NCBI RefSeq assembly: GCF_009914755.1
Contig: NC_060936.1
Source: the human T2T-CHM13v2.0 reference genome, Homo sapiens
Strand: one strand, 5' to 3'
DNA length: 64,000 nt
A program made the translations under genes and the position numbers. Under the pieces are notes generated by a model that was not told where the DNA came from, made no database searches, and saw nothing but the letters and a program-made list of their open reading frames with translations. Positions 50,766 to 64,000 of this stretch are shown piece by piece (within the stretch, counting starts at the first letter, position 1; each line of letters begins with the position of its first letter).

Positions 50766-51838
50766 CTCCTAACCATCACCCCACACCGCTGCCTGGTGAA
50801 AACGCTGATTGCCCTTGCTTCTGGCTGGTGATTTATTTTTTATTTGTAATTTTTTTTTTTTTTTTTTTTTTTTGGAGAAACACAGTCTCATCATCTTGCC
50901 CAGGCTGGTCCTGAACTCCTGGGCTCAAGTGATCCTCCCGCCTCAACCTCCCAAAGTGCTGAGATTCCAGGCACAGAGCCATTGTGTCCAGCCTGTTTGG
51001 TAAATTTTTTTTTTTTTTTTTTTCTGAGACAATCTCTCTCTCTTGCTCAGGCTGGAATACAGTGGCACAATCTTGGCTCACTGCAACCTCCATTTCCCAG
51101 GTTCAAGCCATTCTCATGTCTCAGCCTCCCGAGTAGCTGGGATTACAGGTGACTGCCACTACGCTTGGCTAATTTTGGTATTTTTAGTAGAGACAGGGTT
51201 TCACCATGTTGGCCAGGCTGGTCTCGAACTCCTGACCTCAAGTGATCCGCCTGCCTCGGCCTCGCAGAGTGCTGGGATTACAGGCATGAGCCCCTGCAGC
51301 TGGCCAGAAAATAATTTAAGTCTTGATCGTCAAATGTGGGAGCAATGCAGCTCTTGACCATCAGCACAGCTGAGGACCGCTGTGTGTCCCTTGTCTGGGG
51401 GACTCTGGTTTCCTTTCACCCTCCAGGAGAGGCTGAGGAAGGAATGATTTCTGGGGAGCTTCTAGCAGTGCAGGGGTCACCAGGCCAGCTGGGTCGGCTG
51501 GGATTTGCCTCAGCAGTCCTCAGATCGCAGCCTGTCCTCTGCCCAGCTGTGACTCCCCAGTGTCCCTGGCCATCTCCAGAGGCCTCCACCTACTCCTTCA
51601 AGGCCGGGCCCCTCCCTCCTTCCCTTGCTCCCTCTGTTCCTGACCTCCAGGGACACAGACGCCTACCCAACCTTGCCCAACACTTGGTCCTGATCTTGTC
51701 CCGCCCCAGCTGTCAGTTATCAGGCCTCAGAGGAGGGGACAACACCTCACACCCCAAAACCCCAGCTGCCTGCTCTTCCCCAGCTTTCATTCGTGAGTGT
51801 GCAGGAGGGGACGGGGAGGGAAGGAATTATGTCAATAT

Positions 51839-52589
<751 letters not shown>

Positions 52590-52670
52590 TAAAACTCCAG
52601 CTGAGGCCGGGCGCGGTGACTCACGCCTGTTGTAATCCCAGCACTTTGGGAGGCCAAGGCGGATGGATCA

Positions 52671-52922
<252 letters not shown>

Positions 52923-53357
52923 TCAGGGCCCTGGTTGGTGCATGCCTTGTGTGGAGTAGCACACGTCATTTCCAATGTACTCAGCCTGCTGTTCTAACTC
53001 AGCACTTGTCCTTATCCGACATTGCATCTCAGCTTGTTTATGTGCTTATTGTCTTTTTCCATTGTCAGAATGAAAAAGCTCTGCTCATTCTACACGTTTA
53101 AGGAGCACCTACTGTGTGCCTGGTCCTGGTCTAGATACTGAGGACACAGCACTGAATATCACAGCCCTAAACCCCTGCCTCATGGAGTTTAGACTCAATT
53201 TTGGGGAAACAGAGAATGAAAAAATTAATAAGCCAAATAAGTAATGAGTTAGATGGTGTTAGATGCTATAGAGAGAATAAATTATGGCGGGTGGGGGGTG
53301 GTAAGATGTGCAACTTGGGAGTTAGGGGAGAAGTCTGAATTTTAAATAGGGTGGTCA

Positions 53358-53501
<144 letters not shown>

Positions 53502-54027
53502 TTAGCTGGGTGTGGTGTGTGTGCTGTAGTCCCAGCTACTTGAAAGACTTTGGTGGGAGGATTGCTTGAGACCAAGAGGTCAAGGCTGCAGTGAGCTATG
53601 ATTGAGACACTGCACCCCAGCCTGGGTGGCAGAGTGAGACCATATCTCTAAAATTATAATAATAATAATATTAATAGAGTGGTTAGGAAGGGCCTTCCAA
53701 AGAAGGTGACAGCAAGTGCAAAGGTCCTGCAATAGAACCATGCTTGGGATGTTTTAAGAACATCAAGGAGGCCAGGGTGGATGGAACAGAGTAAGTGATG
53801 GGGAGATGATGGCAGATGAGTCAGAGAAAAGGAAGAGGAGGTCAGATCTGTAGGCTCCTGGGTTATGGTAAGGACTTTAGTTTTTAGAGATATGGGGAGC
53901 CATGGGAGGGTTTAGAGCAGGGGAGGTGCATTATCCAACTTGAGTCTAACATGATCCCTCTGGCTGTCATGATGAAAATTGATTTAGCATCCATGACAAT
54001 TCTCAGCTATATCAGTCATTACTATAA

Positions 54028-54177
<150 letters not shown>

Positions 54178-54819
54178 TGAGACTACAGGAACACATTATC
54201 ACACCCAGCTAATTTTTAATTTTTTTGTAGAGACAGAGTCTCAAACTCCTGGCCCCAAGCAATCCTCCTGCCTCAGACTCCCAAAATGCTGGGATTACAA
54301 GTATGAGCCACTGCGCCTGGCTGCAAAACGATTTTTCTAACTCTATCATTTTATTTATTTATTTATTTTTCGAAATGGGGTCTGACTATGTTCCCCAGGC
54401 TGGTACTATCATTATTTTGATATTGATAGTTGGCATTCTCCAAAAAAGAAGAACAGAGTCATCCTGGGATCATTCTCTCCCTCCACCCCCTGGCCAATCA
54501 CTTTCCTTTTACTTATTTATCCTCAGCACTCAATAGGTTTTTATTTAAGTCAGTGTTTCTAAATACATTAGTATTGTTATTTTTATGCTCAAACTGTCCC
54601 AATTTTAGCCAGTAGGAGCTTCTTCAAGCTGGTTGCTGGCTTTCTGACATGTTCCCATCATTCTTTGAGCACCTTGCTTTGGGGCAAAACAAGATGTTCC
54701 AGGCCCACTTTGCACTTTCTCTGACCCTGGAGTCAACCATTTCTCCTAGAGCCCTGGATCCCTTGAGTGGAAATGAGGATCTGGGCACTGGATGCTTTCA
54801 TTGTTTCTTTTTATATTCT

Positions 54820-55212
54820 CTTTTCTTTCTTCCTTCCCTCCCCTCCTTACCCCTCCCCTCCGTCCCTCCCCCCCCTTCCTTCCTTCCTTCCTTCCTTTTT
54901 CTTTCTCCTTCCTTCCTTTCTTCTTTCCTTCCTTCCTTTCTTCCTTTCCTTCCCTTCCTTCCCTTCCCTTTCCCTCCCTCCCTCCCTTCCCTCCTTCCTT
55001 CTTTCCTTCCTACCTTCCTTCCCTCCTTTCTGTCTTTCTGCCTTTCTTTCTCTTTCCTCTCTTTCTTTCTGTCTTTCCTCTCTTTCTTTCTCTCCCTCCC
55101 TCTCTCCCTCCCCTCCCCTGCCCTCCCCTCCCTCCCTCCCTCCCTTCTTTCCTTCCTTCCTTCGTTCCTTCCTTCTTTCCTTCCTTCCTTCCTCTCTTTC
55201 TTTCTCTTTCTT
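54820..55212 (+). repeat. ~390-bp polypyrimidine (TTCC/CTTT/CCCT)n tract
   Basis: Direct inspection; expanded tail of a minus-strand Alu. Confidence 0.93.
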
Positions 55213-55331
55213 CTGAAACAGTGTTTTGCTGTGCTGCCCAGGGTGGAGTGCAGTGGCGCAACCATGGCTCACTGCAGACTTGACCTCGCAGGCCCAAGTG
55301 ATCCTCTTACTTCAGCCTTCTGAGAGGCTGA

Positions 55332-55568
<237 letters not shown>

Positions 55569-55955
55569 TGACATAGATATGTTTCCAGATTTTGACATAT
55601 CAATATGAAAAGTCATGAGTTCCTACTGATACCTCTAAATCCAGCCTAATATCACAGTATTCTTCCTGGGCTTGTAGCTTTCCATGTTTGTATTTTTCTT
55701 TTCCTATGGTGATACACCTGGATCCCAAATCAGCACTATATTTATTAATTTGCTTAATCCTAAAATACAAGAGAATGGTTTCAAACTTGTTATACTACTG
55801 TGAAAAAAACAAACCTATGACATAAAATTTAAGATTCAGGCTGGGCATGGTGGCTCACACCTATATCCCAGAACATTGGGAGGCTGAGGCAGGCAGATCA
55901 CTTGAGGTCAGGAGTTCAAGACCAGCCTGGCTAACATGATGAAACCTCATCTCTA

Positions 55956-56135
<180 letters not shown>

Positions 56136-56523
56136 TCAGTTGTCCTTCCTTCCTCCCTCTCTCCCTCCTTCCTTCTCTTCTTCCCTCCCTCCCTCCACTC
56201 CTCCCTCCCTCCCTCTCTCCCTCCTTCCTTCCCTTCTTTCCTCCCTCCCTCCCTCCACTCTTCCCTCCCTCCCTCTCTTCCTACCTTAGATTGAAGGTAT
56301 GCAGTTGAAGAACTGTGTTAAAAAGTTACTTGGGGCCAGACGCAGTGGCTCACACCTGTAATCCCAGCCGAGATCAGTCTTAAAAAAAAAAAAAAGGTAG
56401 TTGGGTTACTTCTCCCCAGACCCCCATTCCTTTTAGTGTGCTTATGTTTATTTAAATACAGTCAGGATTATTTGTTTCTCTTTGTGTTCATCTTTAGGGG
56501 TTTTCTCCATTCTATTGAGTTGA

Positions 56524-56916
<393 letters not shown>

Positions 56917-57292
56917 TAATCCACCCGCCTCGGCCTCCCAAAGTGCTGTGATTACAGGCGTGAGCCACTGCACCCGGCCTCATTCTTTTTTATAGCTGCA
57001 TAGTATTCCATTTCCCAGCTGTTGTGTGGTTTATTTAATGAAGCTTCTATGTATGGGCTTGAAAGTGTTTCCAACAGTTTAAAATTACAAACAATGCTGC
57101 AATAAATAACCTTATGGATAAATACTTAGAGGTGGGATTGCTGGGTCAGAGGTAGATGCCCTTGGTGTTTTGTTAGACATTACTCTTCCTGTCTTTTGCA
57201 TACCCACTAGCAACGTGCATGTGCCTGTTTCTCCAGGCTCACCAACAGGGTATGTTGTCAAGCTTCTAAACTTTTTTTTTTTAATCTCATAG

Positions 57293-57541
<249 letters not shown>

Positions 57542-57726
57542 TGAACTCCTGACCTCATGATCCACCCGCCTCGGCCTCCCAAAGTGCTGGGATTACAGGC
57601 GTGAGCCACTGTGTCCGGCCCTAAAGTTTTTGTTTTTGAAAACATGTACTCTTTATCTAGTTTCTCCCAGTGATAACAACTTATGTAACCAGAGTATAAA
57701 TATCAAAATCAGGAAATTGACTTTGA

Positions 57727-57966
<240 letters not shown>

Positions 57967-58251
57967 TGAACTCCTGAGCTCAAGCGATCCTCCCACCATG
58001 GCCTCCCAAAATGCAGGGATTACAGGCATGAGCCCCCGAACCCGGCCTGATATGGTACTTTAAATTACAAATCCCAGCACTTTGGGAGGCCATGGTGGGA
58101 GGATCGCTTGAGCCCAGGAGTTTGAGACCAGTCAAGCAACAAAGTAAGACTCCATCTCTTCAAAAACTCAAAAAAATTAACCAGGTGTGGTGGTGCATGC
58201 CTGTAGCCCAGCTACCTAGGAGACTTAGGTGAGAGAATCACTTGAGCCTGA

Positions 58252-58728
<477 letters not shown>

Positions 58729-59016
58729 TGAATGGTTAAGTATAGAGTTTGTTTTCACCCGAAGATTGAGGTTGGGCACTTAGGAGCATCGCTTCATGTT
58801 ACCCTGAATGTACCATTCAGGGTATACGCTCTCTCACCATATATTTCTCTGAATGTTTATTTTCAGTGTAGCTTTAATTTGCATTTCTCCTATAGTGAAT
58901 GAAGCAAGCATTTTTCATAAATATAATGGTCACTTCTACATCTTTGTTCATGAATTATTTGCTGATGCTTTTTGCCCATGTTTTCTGTCTGGTTTTCACA
59001 TTTTCCTTCTCAAACC

Positions 59017-59019
59017 TTT

Positions 59020-59077
<58 letters not shown>

Positions 59078-59206
59078 TTCCTTCCTTCCTTCCTTCCTTC
59101 CTTCCTTCCTTCCTTTCTTCCTTCCCTTCCTTCCCTTTCCCTCCCTCCCTCCCTTCCTTCCTTCCTTTTCTCTCTCTTTCTCTCTCTCTCTCTCTCTTTC
59201 CTTTTT
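59017..59206 (+). repeat. (TTTC)n-(TTCC)10 compound microsatellite
   Basis: Ten uninterrupted TTCC units at 59074-59113, preceded by a TTTC run. Confidence 0.93.
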
Positions 59207-59309
59207 GACAACTTCTTGCTCTGTTGCCCAGGCTGTAGTGCAACTCACTGTAGCCTCGACTTCCTAGGCTCAAGCAATCCTCCCCCCTCGGCCTCCCAGT
59301 AGCTGGGAC

Positions 59310-59887
59310 TGAGGCAGAAATTAAAATAATAATAATAATAAGTACTACATATATTCACTCCAAGAGAAGTAAGAGCTAAGGCCCAGAATGTGGCAAGGCA
59401 AGGGTTAAAAAAGAAGAAGAACAAGTTTTCCTCTGCTTAGCAGCTCACTTCAAGGACAGTTATAAGATAACGCTGTCCGAAAAGCCAAGGCCAGAGGACT
59501 GGGCTCCAGACCCCGCCCTCCACCCCACCGCCCGCCTCCAGAGCAAGGTTGAAGGAAAAAAAAGAGAGAAAGACAAATTATTTTATTGCTATTCCTTTCC
59601 TTGGTCTCTTAAGCATGACTATGTTTTACAAACCTCTCTATTTAGCCAGTTCTTGTTTTACTTTTGATGCAGCTACAAGGCCACCAGCTATGCAAGGCCA
59701 CAAGTTATGCACTATATGATTAACTACTTTTGTTTTACCTTTCTAAGCTTGCTTATAAAAACCCCACAATATCTTTGTTCTAGGCTCAGCTTTTTGGATG
59801 TGAATCCACTGAGCCAGTGCGTACGTTGAAATAAACATCCTCCTGTTCTCTCATATTGGTCTCTCCGTTCCTCAGTTTCCCACAACA
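59310..59887 (+). mobile_element. Full-length ERV1 solo LTR (tentatively LTR10 family) inserted in an AluJ
   Basis: TGAGGCAG...CCACAACA, 578 bp; 4-bp TSD GGAC; TATAAAA at 59754, AATAAA at 59830; the Alu resumes (ggac|tacagg). Confidence 0.8.
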
Positions 59888-60289
59888 GGACTACAGGTGT
59901 GCACCACCAAGCTCAGCTAATTTTTATATTTTATAGAGACAGAGTCTTGCCAGGTTTCCTAGGCTGGTCTCAAACTCCTGGGCTCAAGCATTCCTCCCAC
60001 CTTGGCCACCCAAAGTGCTGTGATTACAGGCATGAACCACTCACCTGGCCTTCCCTCTCAAATTTTAAGAGTTCCTGATATATTATATGATATATGTTGA
60101 GATATATATACATATATATATGTAATGTATATATATGATATATGTTGCAAATAGTTTCTCCTGGTCTGTCAGATGTCTTTTGACTTTGCTTATTGAGTTT
60201 TTTGACATGAAAAAGTTAAAAAATTTATACAGTCAAATGCATTAATCTTTTATTGCATCTAGGTTTTTTTTTTTTTTTTTTTCTTTTGA

Positions 60290-60499
<210 letters not shown>

Positions 60500-60663
60500 T
60501 GAACTCGCCCGCCCTGGCCTCCTGGAGTGTTGGGATTACAGGCGTGAGCCACCGCGCCCGACGGCATCTAGGTTTTGAGTAGTAGTTAGACAGCTTTTTC
60601 CCACACACATGTAAAAAGGGTATTTGAGGGACAATGGGAAAAGTTGGAATAAAGACTGCATTA

Positions 60664-61029
<366 letters not shown>

Positions 61030-61183
61030 CTAAACCGGGTTTGCGTAGGTGGAAGGGGCGGCCGGGCTCTTTAAGGTGGGTCCCGCCCCGTAGGCCTCCC
61101 CTCGCGCCAGCCCCTCCCATCCCGGAAAGGCTCAGCCCAAGCCCGGCCCCGCCCGCCCTCGGCCCCGCCCATGGCAGAGCGCA

Positions 61184-61193
61184 GTCACGTGAC
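61184..61193. promoter_or_regulatory. CLEAR element / E-box GTCACGTGAC (TFEB/TFE3/MITF/USF)
   Basis: Perfect 10-bp palindrome 30 nt upstream of the ATG of a lysosomal gene. Confidence 0.85.
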
Positions 61194-61223
61194 CCGGGCT
61201 GCGGGGCGCAGCATTGTGCGGTC

Positions 61224-61513
61224 ATGGTGGGCCAGATGTACTGCTACCCCGGCAGCCACCTGGCCCGGGCGCTGACGCGGGCGCTGGCGCTGGCCCTGGT
61301 GCTGGCCCTGCTGGTCGGGCCGTTCCTGAGCGGCCTGGCGGGGGCGATCCCAGCGCCGGGGGGCCGCTGGGCGCGCGATGGGCCGGTCCCTCCAGCCTCC
61401 CGCAGCCGCTCGGTGCTCCTGGACGTCTCGGCGGGCCAGCTGCTTATGGTGGACGGACGCCACCCTGACGCCGTGGCCTGGGCCAACCTCACCAACGCCA
61501 TCCGCGAGACTGG
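61224..61513 (+). CDS. PLBD2: PLBD2 exon 1 (lysosomal phospholipase B-like 2 precursor): MVGQMYCYPG...NLTNAIRETG
   Basis: gtcATGG start; hydrophobic signal peptide; N-glycosylation sequon NLT; donor GG|gtaagg; 290 nt; remaining exons lie outside the window. Confidence 0.95.
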
Positions 61514-63299
61514 GTAAGGGTTGGCTTATCCCCACGCGGGGCCATCGGGGGAGGGGGATGCGTGGGCGCCGGACCTCGCCTGTTCCCGGGACCGGCCTCT
61601 TGCCGGGTGGGAACGCCCGTTTCTCTGGGGGTCAGCTACTCCCGAGGCTGCAGCACCGCCCTGCGGGCCAAGTACCCTGTTTGGGAGCTGGCTACTGCGG
61701 CATCCCTCACCTCATGGGGCCAGTCCCTTGCCTTCAGCCAGTGGTGACAGTACTTCTGTCCCCAAGAAGCCAGTTCCCTACCACCGAGGCCGCAGTGCCT
61801 GCATCTGGATCAGGTCCATGGCTGGTGGGTAAATTCTATCCTCACGGGGACCTGCTCCCTTCCCTAGACTTTGCCTCCTCACCCCATGGAGGCCAGCCCC
61901 CTGTCCCCAGGCCTGAGGGGTGATGAGAACTCAGCAGGAGACTAATTCTTACCTGCTTGGCTGTGGCTTGCTCGTGGGTGCCAGCACCCTGCCTCCCTTC
62001 CAGTGCCAGGTCAGCAGGACTGAACCTGGGTTCCAGGCTAGTCCAAAAGCAGAGGGTCCCTAAAGTCACATAGACCCATTTAGTATCCTGCTAGGGCTCT
62101 GCTCCTCCCTTGTCTTCTGTGTCCTGGTCCAAGGGGAAGTCCTTGGCTGGATGCCGTGTTTGGCAGCCATGCTCACCATCTTTATTGCTGGAACCCAGGC
62201 TGTCATTCTGATGTGTGAGTCTCACCTAACTCCTCCGCCTGTCTGGGCTCCCGTTTCCCCATCTGTGGCCCAGATTTTGAGGATGTGCTCTAGTTGGGTG
62301 GTCATGTGCTGCAAGTTCTGTACAAGGGCTTGTGCCCATTCATTTATTCATTACCCTGATGGTTGGCCTTAGGGACACAGCTGAGCAGCTGTCTCTACTC
62401 AGTGGGAAACACAGACAGCGATAGAAGAGAAATCAGAGTCAGTGGGAGTGGGAAGGATCAGCTTCAAAGCCTTGTCAGCAGGGCCCAGACGCTGGATCAG
62501 GCTGTGCTGGGGGATCCTAGGGAACCCGGGGTGCATCCGTCATATCCTAGTGTCCAGATGATGCTAGGGAACCCTAGCACTAGGATGTGCCCAGGATGTG
62601 GTCTGTGCTCAGACCACACTGCCCCCTGCAGCAGAAAGGGCCTCCTCCCACTTTAGCCCCTATCCATTTTACTGGCATCCATTGGCTTCTGCAGGTGTTA
62701 GGGAGACACAGGATGCCGAGGACACCCCCATTCTGGTGGCACTTGGGGGGTACATCAAGTAGACGTGAGATTTGGGGGAGATATTTGCACAGACACAGGG
62801 GCACTGGTTGGGGTAAATCTGGGAAGGCTCCCAGAGAGAGGAGGCCACAGAGTGAGCTGGCATCTGTGGAGGGAACTGAAGCTTTGTGGCTGGCCTCGGG
62901 GGCTGCCGGGACTCTTGGATCTGGTGACCCGTTCTTTGCTGACTCACTCATGTTTTTGGCCCTGCATAGCAGAATCAAGAGGACATGACAGAACTGTTCA
63001 GGCGAGGAGGGGCAGGAGCGAGGCCCAGCATGGGGAGGGGGCTTTGGCCTCTGGAGGCCCCTCCTGGGCTGTGTTGCTCTTGACTATGGTAAACATGGAA
63101 GTGGAGAGAAGGCTTCCTTGATTGTGCTGGATGGAAAGTTCTTCCAGGCTCAGCCCCTCTGCTGTGTGACCTTGGGCAAATCCCTTCACCTCTCTGAGCA
63201 TGTTCCCTCATATCAAGGTAGGACCAAAAGGGTCATGGAAATTCACTGGGGTCACAGAAAGCACTGTTTATTTATTTTTATTTGTATTTTATTTTTTGA

Positions 63300-63515
<216 letters not shown>

Positions 63516-64000
63516 TGATCTGCCCATCTTGGACTTTCTGGCTTGTTTTCGGCACCCTCTCTCATCCCCTCCTCTTACGCTCACATGCCCCTTTCCCTTT
63601 GAGTTTGCCAGCCCTTGAGGCTCTGATGCAGGGAAAACCATAAAGCGAGCCCCATTTTATAGGCAGGAAACTGAGGTCCTCAGAGACAGCTGCTTGAGGA
63701 CTCAGGGTCAGATGAAAGAAAGCCATAGGGGGTGTCCTGGCTCCTGATCAGCAGAATCTCTGATCTGTGGGGGACTCTGTGTCTTATTTCGGAGGGTGGG
63801 GGCAGGGATTTGATGCCTCTGTTCACTCAGAATTAGGATCCTCCTCCTTCCTGGTGAAATCCCCAGATTTTGCCACTGGGGATCCTGGGATTATCAGGAT
63901 AAATTCTCCCTACACCATAATCCTTCGTCTTTTTTATTTTTTAAAAAAGGTTTTTTTTTTTTTGTTTTTTTTTTTTTTTTTGAGACAGGGTCTCCCTGTG

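Larger units (their letters stand above)
61030..61700 (+). promoter_or_regulatory. PLBD2: PLBD2 CpG-island promoter
   Basis: CpG-rich; several GC boxes at 61055-61170. Confidence 0.88.

Noticed and set aside
54649-55323. Long Phe/Leu/Pro/Ser and Arg/Lys/Glu/Gly ORFs (also 44662-44999 and 58853-59302)
   Set aside because: Products of polypurine/polypyrimidine microsatellites

Overview
Human/primate genomic DNA, very Alu-dense, recognised as the TPCN1 - SLC8B1 - PLBD2 neighbourhood (12q24.13 from recall). The minus strand carries the complete SLC8B1 gene (mitochondrial Na+/Li+/Ca2+ exchanger NCLX). I rebuilt 15 coding exons by hand (35496 down to 2405); they join in frame to 1755 nt = 584 aa + TGA, with a non-coding first exon at a CpG-island promoter near 37.6-37.9 kb. 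Two SLC8B1 introns are minor-spliceosome (U12) type, and one of them (23305-23467) has rare GT-AT termini. The first ~1.2 kb is probably the end of the TPCN1 3'UTR (+ strand, tail-to-tail with SLC8B1). PLBD2 exon 1 (+) starts at 61224, just behind a perfect CLEAR/TFEB palindrome. The intergenic part holds several solo LTRs (MER41A, THE1, MER4-group, LTR10-like), a truncated U6 retrocopy and purine/pyrimidine microsatellites. Almost all ORF-track entries are Alu or low-complexity artefacts. I found no convincing new multi-gene system. The best second-look items are the U12 splicing architecture, a 17-bp minisatellite whose unit equals an Alu target-site duplication, the nested U6/Alu/MER41 element next to the SLC8B1 promoter, and a CpG-rich LTR with intact promoter motifs.
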